Both the position numbers and the translations under genes were made by a program. From a virus (Duplodnaviria > Caudoviricetes), in IMG/VR virus record IMGVR_UViG_3300035492_000236: a stretch of DNA of 64,000 nucleotides. One strand, 5' to 3'. This document shows, piece by piece, positions 8,825 to 18,455 of the stretch (positions within the stretch are counted from its first letter, which is position 1; each line of letters starts with the position of its first letter). The notes beneath the pieces were generated by a model. The model was not told the DNA's origin, searched no databases, and saw only the letters and a program-made list of their open reading frames with translations.

Positions 8825-10945
8825 TTATTGCACGATTTCTCGGTAGTCTTGAACTGTCGTGGCTGGTCGCACCACGGAAACTTCCAGCCGTTCACTGAGG
8901 TCGGTGCTGGCTTCCACGTAATGCGGCACGTCGTAAGTCAAGTCTTCCACTAGCTGATGATCGAGCAATTCAGGGTAATTTATCTGGATCTGACTGCCAT
9001 CGCGGATAGCCTGCTCGGCGCGCAGGATCGTCACGGGATGTCCTTGCAGATTCGCATCGCTGACCTCGTCGCCGTCGACGTGGCCCGGTATACCACCACG
9101 GGAGTTCGTGGCAATAACTTCACCGCCGATGATTTCTTCAATGAACTGAATGGTGTAGCTACTCAACCGGCGGAACAATCGCACCATCGCAGATTGGATT
9201 TCTTTGAGGCTGATCAAGTTGAGCTTGCTGAAGTCAGTCGCTGCATTGAGGGCAGCCATTGCCATGTCTTGCCACGCTTCCATCGACATCTTCTCGCGAT
9301 CCAACGCGATATAAAGGAAGAAGTCGTCATACGTTCGTATCGTGGGACTACGAATGTCACACACGTAATCAACGTAGTTGTAATCATACATCGCCCGCCG
9401 ACCGGCACGCTCTGTCCACCGATGGGGCTGGTAAACATACTGATGGCGTACCCGCTTACGCGCAGTGATGGTCTGACAAACTCGCATGAAGTCTTCCGGG
9501 ATGGCGATGTCGTCGTAGATTTCATAATGCGTCTTGGCAAAGAACTCCAGTTCGTCGTCCCACCCCTCGAAGTGATCGTGCTCCAAAATCGCCAAGTATT
9601 CCGAATCTGGAATCCATCGCTTACGCATCACGCCATACGCCAAGAACTCCGGGATGTCTTTCATCGCCACCCCATGGAATCCCTGGGCATGGGCATACGC
9701 AAACAGGATGAACAGCTCACGTGTGTCAAGACGAATATTGTCACCATTCAATGGGTTGATGATGTCAATGGCGGTCTCGTACATGCCGGCGGCGGCCATG
9801 TACAACCATTCGTTAATCAGGGTATCAATCAATTTGATCGGGTCGATGTTCTCCGGATCAATGGCCGATACTTCTAATACCTTAGTCGGCAGGTTGGACA
9901 TGGAACTGTGCTTGCCGGCAAACTCCGCCTCAGCAATGTAGTCGTTAAGAAACCGCGGGTTGTCTCGCGCCAAACCGCTTTCTTTATACAGGACGTCATC
10001 AACGTCCCATTCGCTCAGATCGCGCGACGTCAATCCGGTCTGTAGATTTAACTGGTTCTTCACGAAGACTGGTGTTGGTGATAACTCACCGGCGGCAATG
10101 TCCATGTCCTTCTGTCGCAGGGTGTAATCGTACAACGGCAGATACCTGGCGGTGAGCAAGTTCTCCACCAGCAGATCAAAGGTGTCTTGCAGTCCAGTAT
10201 GTCGTTCTATGTACAGTAGGTTGCGGTACAGGAACAGCATCTGGCCCAGAGTTAGGTAGGGTACGAATTCTTCTAGCCGTTGGTGTGAAGCCAAGTACGT
10301 TATGATATGAAAGCTGTGGGTTTTGGACGTCTTGATGTTCAATTCCCGCAGGTCGAGGATCTTGACCGGTAAGAACGCGTACATCTTCGCCACGATCACC
10401 GCCACGAACAACTCGTCCGTTTCCGCAAAGCTTTCCATCAGATAGCGGTACATGTACCCCCGCATCCAGTCTTCAAGGTCGAGAATCAATGACCGCTCTT
10501 GGATTTCGACTTTATCTGCATCGTGCCAAAGCACGGTGCAGTCTTTGGCTTCCACCGCACGTTCAATCGGAATGGGGCGCAATATCCCCCGGATCAGGTT
10601 AGACTGCTGTGGGTATCGTTCAATCAACCGATCGACATAACTGCGGTTGTAAAGATAAACCGAACGTGTTTTCTTATGTATCTTTAAATTTTTACCGTTG
10701 AATTCTATTTCAGACCCATCGTCCAATGAAGTGATGGTCATCGACGTGTCAAAAAAATGATACTGACCAGCGAGGTGCTGATAATAGCGCCATTCGTACC
10801 GGTTTTCGCTGACAGCAATACCGCTATCAGCCAGTTCACGGTTCATTGCGCGACCGATCCAGTCCAGCCGGATGATCATCGTACGCGCAAGCTCGAACGT
10901 GTTCCGTAGATAAATGTTGTACAATGAGTAGTTCATAAATGACAC
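8825..10945 (-). CDS. Virion structural protein (phiKZ gp128-like by synteny, possible baseplate component)
   Basis: 706 aa ORF divergent from the portal gene, as in phiKZ-like genomes. Confidence 0.6.
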   Translation of the reverse strand: MSFMNYSLYNIYLRNTFELARTMIIRLDWIGRAMNRELADSGIAVSENRYEWRYYQHLAGQYHFFDTSMTITSLDDGSEIEFNGKNLKIHKKTRSVYLYNRSYVDRLIERYPQQSNLIRGILRPIPIERAVEAKDCTVLWHDADKVEIQERSLILDLEDWMRGYMYRYLMESFAETDELFVAVIVAKMYAFLPVKILDLRELNIKTSKTHSFHIITYLASHQRLEEFVPYLTLGQMLFLYRNLLYIERHTGLQDTFDLLVENLLTARYLPLYDYTLRQKDMDIAAGELSPTPVFVKNQLNLQTGLTSRDLSEWDVDDVLYKESGLARDNPRFLNDYIAEAEFAGKHSSMSNLPTKVLEVSAIDPENIDPIKLIDTLINEWLYMAAAGMYETAIDIINPLNGDNIRLDTRELFILFAYAHAQGFHGVAMKDIPEFLAYGVMRKRWIPDSEYLAILEHDHFEGWDDELEFFAKTHYEIYDDIAIPEDFMRVCQTITARKRVRHQYVYQPHRWTERAGRRAMYDYNYVDYVCDIRSPTIRTYDDFFLYIALDREKMSMEAWQDMAMAALNAATDFSKLNLISLKEIQSAMVRLFRRLSSYTIQFIEEIIGGEVIATNSRGGIPGHVDGDEVSDANLQGHPVTILRAEQAIRDGSQIQINYPELLDHQLVEDLTYDVPHYVEASTDLSERLEVSVVRPATTVQDYREIVQ

Positions 10946-10970
10946 CGGCTAATCTGTAGAGGTTTTTTAC

Positions 10971-13565
10971 ATGCAAACTAAAAGGAATGGGACGTCACCT
11001 ATCGATCGCCGCACACACAGCAGCACAGTAGGCGGTCGCGATGAAGTCGTCGACTCCATCGTACGTAAGCTAATCAAGCCGCGTAACGAATCGCAGTCGT
11101 CTCAAAGTGGCGCAAAAATACCGACGCAGCATGAGCTGGCGCCGATCATGCGAAATAACATCCAACGTGCCACGGATAACGACTACATCTTTGAAGTACT
11201 GCCGGACCTTGAGCTGGTGGCACAGGTGGCCATTTCCAGTATCCTGTCCAGCAAGGACATGGTGACCACCGCCATTAACTACGACTGTCAAAGCAATGAC
11301 CTCCCACTGGAGCTCAAGTCGGAAATGATTCGGTTGGTAAAAACCCATTTTGATGATGAGTATAAACTCCCAACATACCTTTATGACATTCTGTACGATG
11401 TCATGTTCAAGACCGGCTCGTATGCGGCCGCCATCATCCCCGAAACATCAGTCGATGCAATCATCAATGACGGCAATAACACGCGGGTAGGTACGGAAGA
11501 ATTTAAAGCGGAGCTACGTAAATCCTTCCGGCGGCGAGGACTGCTGGGACCCATTGATACGGAACGCACGTCGGGGGTTGGTCTTGAGGCATTGGGGTTG
11601 GATGGGCCTAAATCAGCGACCGATGACCAGATGATCATTCGGTTCGAAAATGAAAAACTGGCGCCCATCCATTTAACAGATAACCCCGACACCGTCAAAC
11701 TTCAGCGGATTCAGCAAACCCTCACCAAACGTCATGTGGCGGCCGCATATAATGTATCCGTTGAATCGGGTGGAGAGGTCGTGTATGACCGCAACAGCTT
11801 CAAGACGCCGCTGTATCGCACGAAGACCGTGGAAGACATGAAGCGCGCTGAAGATAGTGACCGTCCCTCCATCGGCCACCCGCTAATCATGCATCTGCCT
11901 TCCGAGTCGGTGATTCCAGTGCATGTGCCGGGCGACTTCAAAGTTCATGTCGGTTACCTGGTATTGCTCGATAACACCGGCAACCCAGTCAGCCGCCATG
12001 ACCTGATGAACAACACCACGGCGTGGGCGTGGATGAACGGTGACGCCTCCTCTCAGCTGATCAAAGACGCTGCTGAAGGCTTGGGTCTAGGTACAGATAA
12101 GCAAGAGCAGTGGACCATCAGCCACCTGAATAACTGTTACGCAGACCTGGTATCAGACAAGCTGATTCGGTCACTGAACAACGGTGTGTATGGTGACTCG
12201 GTGACGATCGCTCGTCCGCAGGAAGTGTACCGTATCATGATGGCGCGGAGTCTGGCCCGTAAGAACACGCAGATCTTGTACATCCCGTCTGAGCAGTTGA
12301 CCTACTTTGCATTGGACTACCACAAGGACGGCACCGGTCGTTCCATGACCGATAAGACGCGGGTGGTGGCCGCAGCACGATCGGCGATTGCCTTTGCCAC
12401 TATGCAGGGCTCTATCCTTAATGCCACGCGCAATTTGCAATACGACATCATCCTCGACCCAGACGATCGGGAACCGGAGAAGACCATTGACGACGTACAG
12501 TACCGGGTCAGTCAGGGGTTTGCGTCGCGGATCCCGTTTACTGGCAGTATCAAGGATGTGGAGTCTTACTTCGCTAATGCAGGTATCTCCTTCAACATCG
12601 AAGGGAACGCCCATTACCCCAGCTCCAAAACTGCGGTGTCGGACATCACGCCCGACTACAAGATCCCGGCCAAAGACATCTCCGATGACCTGGCGCGGCA
12701 ACATTACCGTGGGTTTGGTGCGGATCCTGATTTGATCATGACACCAGAGTCGATTGAGTTTGCCACGCAGGTGGTTTCCAAGGACTTAATCGCTACTAAG
12801 CAGATCTGCAAGAACCAGGAGAAGATCGCCCCCCACCTGACTCACTTTGTGAAAACCTACATCATTAGCTCCGGACCACTGCTGAAAAAACTGGCAGAGC
12901 TGATTAAGGAACACTACGAGTCTGGGGAAAGCAAGCTTCGTGAAGGGGAAACTGGCCACTATATCAACGACTTCCTTAGTAGCCTAACGGTGACTTTGCC
13001 GCCACCGGACATGTCCATGTTGGCGTCTCAGCTCAATGCCTTTGAAGACGAAGAGCAAGCCATTGATAAGATGGTGGACCTGTGGCTGGATGAGGAGTTG
13101 CTAGGTGAGTCAGTTGGCTTTGATGTGCGGCGGGCCAAGTCTGTGATCGCCAATCACCTGAAGCGGAACTGGTTGCGTAAGAACGCGGTGAAGGAAGACC
13201 TGATCGACCTGTTCGAAAACGAAGAGAACCGGGCTGAGCTAGTACAAATCATCGGTAACGAAAACGTGAAGATCACTGAAGTGGTCAGTATGATCATGAA
13301 GCGTGTTGACTCCCGCGTCAAGACCGTAGTTGAGAACATCGAGATGCCTGAAGGTGTCGGTGGTGGCGGTTTTGGCAGTGATGATTTTGGTGGCGATGAT
13401 GAGTTTGGTGGGAGTGGAGATGACGAATTCGGCGAAGGTGCCGATGAAGACTTCGGTGGAGATGACGGTGGGTTTGATGATGACGCAGACATGGACTTCG
13501 GTAGCGATACCGCAGACGGCGGCGCTGAAGAACCCGACGATGTAGATGATGAACCTTTAGCATAA
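10971..13565 (+). CDS. Portal protein (phiKZ gp129-like)
   Basis: 864 aa, position relative to MCP/RNAP genes, internal xLE protease motifs (GTEE, VGLE) and an acidic disordered C-terminus. Confidence 0.7.
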   Translation: MQTKRNGTSPIDRRTHSSTVGGRDEVVDSIVRKLIKPRNESQSSQSGAKIPTQHELAPIMRNNIQRATDNDYIFEVLPDLELVAQVAISSILSSKDMVTTAINYDCQSNDLPLELKSEMIRLVKTHFDDEYKLPTYLYDILYDVMFKTGSYAAAIIPETSVDAIINDGNNTRVGTEEFKAELRKSFRRRGLLGPIDTERTSGVGLEALGLDGPKSATDDQMIIRFENEKLAPIHLTDNPDTVKLQRIQQTLTKRHVAAAYNVSVESGGEVVYDRNSFKTPLYRTKTVEDMKRAEDSDRPSIGHPLIMHLPSESVIPVHVPGDFKVHVGYLVLLDNTGNPVSRHDLMNNTTAWAWMNGDASSQLIKDAAEGLGLGTDKQEQWTISHLNNCYADLVSDKLIRSLNNGVYGDSVTIARPQEVYRIMMARSLARKNTQILYIPSEQLTYFALDYHKDGTGRSMTDKTRVVAAARSAIAFATMQGSILNATRNLQYDIILDPDDREPEKTIDDVQYRVSQGFASRIPFTGSIKDVESYFANAGISFNIEGNAHYPSSKTAVSDITPDYKIPAKDISDDLARQHYRGFGADPDLIMTPESIEFATQVVSKDLIATKQICKNQEKIAPHLTHFVKTYIISSGPLLKKLAELIKEHYESGESKLREGETGHYINDFLSSLTVTLPPPDMSMLASQLNAFEDEEQAIDKMVDLWLDEELLGESVGFDVRRAKSVIANHLKRNWLRKNAVKEDLIDLFENEENRAELVQIIGNENVKITEVVSMIMKRVDSRVKTVVENIEMPEGVGGGGFGSDDFGGDDEFGGSGDDEFGEGADEDFGGDDGGFDDDADMDFGSDTADGGAEEPDDVDDEPLA

Positions 13566-13568
13566 CTT

Positions 13569-13600
13569 GGTTGGGGCTTCGGCCCCAGCCCATTCTCTTT
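13569..13600 (+). terminator. Rho-independent terminator (portal)
   Basis: GGTTGGGGC-TTCG-GCCCCAGCC followed by a T-rich tract. Confidence 0.7.
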
Positions 13601-13608
13601 ATTTGCAC

Positions 13609-13634
13609 AAAAAAAAAGAGGGCCGAAGCCCTCT
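13609..13634 (-). terminator. Rho-independent terminator
   Basis: AGAGGGC-TTCG-GCCCTCT followed by T9 on the minus strand. Confidence 0.9.
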
Positions 13635-13648
13635 ACGTATTGGTTCAA

Positions 13649-15469
13649 TTACAGCTTACGAACCTTGATCGCGCCACCGGACTGATTACCTGCCAGTATC
13701 ATCAGCTGATTCCCTACAGAGTCGACAATGACGATGCCGGACATTTTCAGGGACCGGTTACGGTATGCGACCAGACGCTCACAAGCGCTGTAGAAATCCG
13801 GCGTGTACTTGAACTCTACGGCAGCGATGTGGTCCTTGTTAGAGAACTGCAGGCCGTCTGCCAACAGGTCACCGGCCGCGCGTACCACTACCAGATTAGT
13901 ACGGAACCAGCAATATTGGATTTCCGCAGTGTTCTCGATGATCGGGTACAGTACGCCTTCGCTTGCCAGCTTGGCCGCTTTTTCAAAATCCAGCATGGCG
14001 AAGTTATGGCGCAGGAATTCCCGTTCCAGCTCACACCACTTGGCGTACTCGTCAGCTTGTGCCGGCGACTTCAGGTATTTCATGCCTTCATGATAGTGCT
14101 GAATGAAGGAGTCAAGGCTAGCACTGTACGGCAGCACGATGGCCAGCAGATTGTTGAACAGGAACTGCAGGTTCTCCTCCAGGAATGACAGATAACCATT
14201 GGCCAGGAATGCGTCAGTGCGCGACATGGTAGGAATGGCGTCCTGGATTAAGGTCATGGTGTTGTGCCAGCTCTCGAAGGTACTGTACCGATCGGCCCCC
14301 GCCATCAGGCTAAGGATAGACTTAGGCACAGCAATCGGACGGTACTGATCGCCTTTGGCGATGGTGTAGTCAGCGTCAGTCAACAACTTACCTTCCAGAC
14401 CAACCATGCACAGGCGCCAATCAGTGTTGCAGAAGCTCACCGGCTGTACCTGCACGATCTTAGCAGCCACGGCCGCTTCTTCCGCTTCTGCAGTGCCCAC
14501 ATCTGGCAGTTTACGGAAATCCACCTGAGGCACAACCACACCACCTTGCTTGTCGGTGGAAACGTAGCTGCGTTTGATTTCGTGGTCCTTATACTCCTCC
14601 ACGTTATCCCCTTTCTCAAACACGGTTTCAAACACGCCCCGCTCGGTCCCAACATGCACAGTCACCTGTTCAGTGGGGTTGATCATCCAACTGTAGTTGG
14701 TGTTCGGTTCAAACTGAGGCACCACTTTGGATTTTTCTTTCAGTACGATCTTGGGCTGGGTGACGACAGTGGCGTCTTTCAGCTCAGTACGGCGTTTCGG
14801 CTCCACACGTTCCTCCTCGCGACGGGTGTCGCGGCGATCATCACCCCGTTGGGGCGACCGGTTGCCAGCATTGTAATTGGTCCGCACACTGGTGGTACCA
14901 CGACCACCACGACGACTGGTACCACGACCACGACCACGATCGTCCAAGCGGTCATCGCGGTCGCGGCGACTATCGCGACGATCGTCCCGGTCGCGACCAC
15001 GGTCGCGGCGGCTGGAACCACGGCGGTCATCGTAACGGTCGCGACCACCACGACCACGACTACGGCTACCGCCGCGGCGAATTGCAGAGACCAGCTTGGC
15101 ATGGGTGTCTGCCAGACGCTTAAAGTAATCAAAGTCACGGTCACTCAGAGTGTCCGAGATCTCACGATCTGCCAACGCGAACACTGCGATTGAGAAATCG
15201 TAAGCTTGCTTCAGTACCTTATCTAGGGCACGACGGTCGCCCAGAACATCGATACCTTCATCATCACCTTGCATGACGCCGTACGCAACCACATCAATAG
15301 CGGTCTGGAAGAAATCATCAGCGTCGCGGTTGTTGTAGTCGCCAGCGCAGATCACATCGCGAATGTCTTCTTCGACCACATCGCGCGTGTCTTCCAAGAA
15401 CTCGATCATGGTGTCGATTACTTCGCGAACGTCTTCCTCGATCAAAATTCCATGAGTGTTAAAAGCCAT
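13649..15469 (-). CDS. Hypothetical protein (606 aa) with an internal Arg/Asp/Gly-rich low-complexity region
   Basis: AGGAG RBS, acidic helical N-terminus, RDDRRDSRRDRDDR tract, globular C-terminus. Confidence 0.8.
   Translation of the reverse strand: MAFNTHGILIEEDVREVIDTMIEFLEDTRDVVEEDIRDVICAGDYNNRDADDFFQTAIDVVAYGVMQGDDEGIDVLGDRRALDKVLKQAYDFSIAVFALADREISDTLSDRDFDYFKRLADTHAKLVSAIRRGGSRSRGRGGRDRYDDRRGSSRRDRGRDRDDRRDSRRDRDDRLDDRGRGRGTSRRGGRGTTSVRTNYNAGNRSPQRGDDRRDTRREEERVEPKRRTELKDATVVTQPKIVLKEKSKVVPQFEPNTNYSWMINPTEQVTVHVGTERGVFETVFEKGDNVEEYKDHEIKRSYVSTDKQGGVVVPQVDFRKLPDVGTAEAEEAAVAAKIVQVQPVSFCNTDWRLCMVGLEGKLLTDADYTIAKGDQYRPIAVPKSILSLMAGADRYSTFESWHNTMTLIQDAIPTMSRTDAFLANGYLSFLEENLQFLFNNLLAIVLPYSASLDSFIQHYHEGMKYLKSPAQADEYAKWCELEREFLRHNFAMLDFEKAAKLASEGVLYPIIENTAEIQYCWFRTNLVVVRAAGDLLADGLQFSNKDHIAAVEFKYTPDFYSACERLVAYRNRSLKMSGIVIVDSVGNQLMILAGNQSGGAIKVRKL
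14810..15080 (-). repeat. Low-complexity coding repeats (RG/RD-rich)
   Basis: Runs of ACCACGACC / CGCGACG units encode RGRG and RDDR repeats. Confidence 0.7.
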
Positions 15470-15497
15470 TTGTTAATCTCCTGATATAGTGCATATG

Positions 15498-15512
15498 GAT
15501 AATATATGCTTG
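15498..15512 (-). promoter_or_regulatory. AT-rich phage promoter-like motif (GATAATATATGCTTG)
   Basis: About 30 nt upstream of ATG 15469; matches the recurring motif. Confidence 0.5.
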
Positions 15513-15539
15513 ATGTGGTTTTTGTTATGGGCGGGTGCC

Positions 15540-17222
15540 TTAGCACCCTTTCTGACGGAGGTCGGCATGGACCCGATCCAAGTCATCGACATTTTCTTCT
15601 TTGCGCACAATCCGCCCCAACTCATTGATTTTCAAGTAGGGGTTAAGAATCGCCCACCCGAACGGGGACGACTTCGGCAAGTTAGCCACCGACCCCACTT
15701 CCAGGAAGCTGGCATGGATGTGCTTGGTTGGGTCATTTAGATCCACAACTTTTTTACCTGAGCCGGAAGCTTTGCGTGCATCGGTCTGATCAATCGCGCG
15801 TGAAGTAATCCCCACCAACATGTTGTCCGTGGTAACCAAAAACGGTGTTACTTCTCCGTGGTTGGTCACGATACGTTGAATGGTGTCTGTGTGAATGTTC
15901 CGGTGGATAATGGACGACACCTTCTGTCGGGAGACAGGTAGCCCAACTGCCCGTTTGTTGCCATCCATCCCTGCCCGTATCAGGTCCCATGCAGCTTTCT
16001 GAATGCCGTAACGGATTTGTGCAGTTACGTACTCAGAACACGTCAGATAACGGCCCCAGAGGTTCGCTAGGTTAGCTGTGCGACTTTCATCCATGCGAGT
16101 GGTCTGGTCTGCGATGTAGAACAGGAACTCGTAGATATCACCACACTCGATCCCTTCCATCAACAACTCTTGGCGGAACACGTCATCGATCATCTGTTCC
16201 ACGTTACCCAGGTGGGTATCGATCTCTGCGATGATGTGCTGGTCACCATGCTTACCACTGCCAAAGATGGAGTAGCCTAACATGATCATCCACAACGAGG
16301 GATCGTCCAGGTATTCCTTCACCAAGCGGTTACCGAAGAAGCTGGCCACGTAGAACATGGTCCCGATAAAGATCATGGCGGTGGGTGTCAGCTGTTCCTT
16401 CGGCAGTACCACTGCGAACTGTGACCGCGTTTCCTTCTTATATGGCAAGGGAGCCCGACACACCGCAAACTCATTCGTGTCCAACGTCTGCAACTTTGGA
16501 TCGTTGTCGTGGTACACCTGCACGTCAATGTTCAAGAACTGTGCAAAAGTATTGGTGATGCCGTACCGTGCAAACAGCCATCCGATCAGTGGCGGTTTGA
16601 ACTTGGCGTTGCCGTCTTTCTTGCCACGATGCAGTTCCGTAGTAACGGGAATGTACACATGCTCAGTGTTACCGTTAACCAGGAAGCTGCGAGGCGTCCG
16701 TTCAAAGTTCACCCGGTTACTGGGGAATTCGACGAAATACCCTTTCGGTGTAACCGACAGGCCTTTGGTCTTGATCACTGGCATGATGGAGTATTTCACG
16801 TTGCGGATGTGCATGACGCCACCGCGACGTACGAATGGGATCTCGATGTATTTGGGAAACTCTTCCCCACCGTTGACGAAGTTGTACTTCACCAGGTAGG
16901 TGTCCGTGATGGAGTGTTGATACCCCGCACTTTTATCCGAAGGTTGGCGCCGTACTTTACCATCGGCTTGTACGCGATATTCCTCTTCCACCGGGATTAA
17001 CTCCATCCCGACGTAGTCAAACCCCTCAGGCAGGCGCGGGTTGTTTTCACGCCGCAGCAAAATGCGCATCAGCTGATCAATCTTTTTATGCAGGTTGACT
17101 AACTGATGGTAACTGAACCCCTCCCCGATGATTGGATTGATCTTTGGAATCGCGCCACTCTCGTAGATAAAATCAAGAGCATCTCTCTGCATTACTTTAT
17201 GCCTTTGCTTTGTACATGCCAA
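15540..17222 (-). CDS. Non-virion RNA polymerase beta subunit, N-terminal part (phiKZ gp123-like)
   Basis: 560 aa; IEIPFVRRGG, GSVANLPKSSPFG (beta E..N.G-like region) and LNPYL; lies two genes from the MCP. Confidence 0.8.
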   Translation of the reverse strand: MACTKQRHKVMQRDALDFIYESGAIPKINPIIGEGFSYHQLVNLHKKIDQLMRILLRRENNPRLPEGFDYVGMELIPVEEEYRVQADGKVRRQPSDKSAGYQHSITDTYLVKYNFVNGGEEFPKYIEIPFVRRGGVMHIRNVKYSIMPVIKTKGLSVTPKGYFVEFPSNRVNFERTPRSFLVNGNTEHVYIPVTTELHRGKKDGNAKFKPPLIGWLFARYGITNTFAQFLNIDVQVYHDNDPKLQTLDTNEFAVCRAPLPYKKETRSQFAVVLPKEQLTPTAMIFIGTMFYVASFFGNRLVKEYLDDPSLWMIMLGYSIFGSGKHGDQHIIAEIDTHLGNVEQMIDDVFRQELLMEGIECGDIYEFLFYIADQTTRMDESRTANLANLWGRYLTCSEYVTAQIRYGIQKAAWDLIRAGMDGNKRAVGLPVSRQKVSSIIHRNIHTDTIQRIVTNHGEVTPFLVTTDNMLVGITSRAIDQTDARKASGSGKKVVDLNDPTKHIHASFLEVGSVANLPKSSPFGWAILNPYLKINELGRIVRKEENVDDLDRVHADLRQKGC

Positions 17223-18261
17223 AAGCTAACCCGGCAAACCCCAGAATGGAAGGGACGATCTTAAGCCACTCGGAGGTGTTCTTCCGAACGGCAGACTGTT
17301 CTTCGTATTGGTGTTTGATGTCAGCCTCCCTGATTTTGTGGTTGGTTTCTTTCACCTTACGCAGGTGCTCCAACTCCTTCTCGCGTTCTGCCAACTGTGC
17401 CTCCATGCGTTTGTTACCCGCTTCGAGCAATTGGATCTCTCGCTTGTGCTCGACTTCCATTTGACTTTTCCCTGCCGACAGCTCCAATTCTTGTAGCTTC
17501 AGTGCATGCTTGCGCATCTCAAAGTCATGTTTCGCAACCTCCAACTCATCGCCATGAGCCGCAGCCTCACTGCGCGAGTACCAGAACCGTATAGGGCAAT
17601 TGTCACTATCCAGCTCATATCGGGTCGCGTCTGCGACCTTGGCCGTGGAGTACGCCACATAGACCCCGTCTGGCATGATCGGTGACTGCACGGTTGGAAC
17701 TTCGATCACCTCCCCGCCTAGGTTGATGTATCGTCGTCCGAACAGATGGTGTTTGTCTACCACCACGATGCGGTAATTGATCATCCCGGTCTGAGCTTCA
17801 GGAATCAGCGCTTCGGTCACACTGGTGCTTGAGCGCGGGTGTTTCGGAACCTCCTCATTACGTTTCTCGGTGAACACCAGATCCAGCACGTCATGATACA
17901 CCCCACGACAGCCTTCCAATTCCTCGAAAGGAATCTGATACGCCACCGTTAGGGTGTTGCCTTTTCTAGTGCCTCGTGCCATCGCCTCCTCAAACAACCG
18001 ACGTTCTGTCCCGTCAAACTCAAAGGTTTGCGGCAGACTGTTGAAATGCGTGTCGCTGTTAAAGGTATAGGTGACCAATACTGTAAAGATGCCGCTGGCG
18101 TTAGTATCAAGCATCGGGTGCAGGACGGCATTCTGACCGTTCTTCCAAACGACCGTAATAGTCCGACCTGTGCGATTGATGAATGCCAACGACATGGTAA
18201 GTTGGGGTCGCAAATTCCCAGGTGGTGGGCTGGATGCCCGTGTGTTAATCGTCTTTAGCAT
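17197..18261 (-). CDS. Hypothetical protein (phiKZ gp122-like), coiled coil with a C-terminal hydrophobic tail
   Basis: 354 aa, E/K-rich heptads, ends IVPSILGFAGLAFGMYKAKA; overlaps the RNAP gene start. Confidence 0.7.
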   Translation of the reverse strand: MLKTINTRASSPPPGNLRPQLTMSLAFINRTGRTITVVWKNGQNAVLHPMLDTNASGIFTVLVTYTFNSDTHFNSLPQTFEFDGTERRLFEEAMARGTRKGNTLTVAYQIPFEELEGCRGVYHDVLDLVFTEKRNEEVPKHPRSSTSVTEALIPEAQTGMINYRIVVVDKHHLFGRRYINLGGEVIEVPTVQSPIMPDGVYVAYSTAKVADATRYELDSDNCPIRFWYSRSEAAAHGDELEVAKHDFEMRKHALKLQELELSAGKSQMEVEHKREIQLLEAGNKRMEAQLAEREKELEHLRKVKETNHKIREADIKHQYEEQSAVRKNTSEWLKIVPSILGFAGLAFGMYKAKA

Positions 18262-18283
18262 AAATCACCTCGTTGTGCAGGTT

Positions 18284-18298
18284 GATAAAATATATCTT
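18284..18298 (-). promoter_or_regulatory. AT-rich phage promoter-like motif (GATAAAATATATCTT)
   Basis: Upstream of the 18261/17222 (nvRNAP) operon. Confidence 0.55.
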
Positions 18299-18393
18299 TA
18301 TCAACTTTCACTCGAAGGGTCATGCATAACATCGACCTTGCAGTAAAAAAACACGGCCTTGATTATTTTTTAGGGCATTTCTTCACGACGCAC

Positions 18394-18426
18394 AAAAAGA
18401 AAAGAGGTGGGCCGAAGCCCACCTCT
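18394..18426 (-). terminator. Rho-independent terminator (major capsid gene)
   Basis: AGAGGTGGGC-TTCG-GCCCACCTCT followed by TTTCTTTTT. Confidence 0.9.
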
Positions 18427-18455
18427 CATGCTTTGGTTCTGTCACCTATCAATGA

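Noticed and set aside
8957-9877. 306-aa plus-strand ORF inside 8825..10945
   Set aside because: Fully antisense to a longer conserved ORF, with no recognisable protein features.
14264-15193. Thr/Ala-rich (14264..15193) and Val-rich (14779..15144) ORFs resembling mucin-like or TM proteins
   Set aside because: They are alternative readings of the RD/RG repeat tract of 13649..15469.
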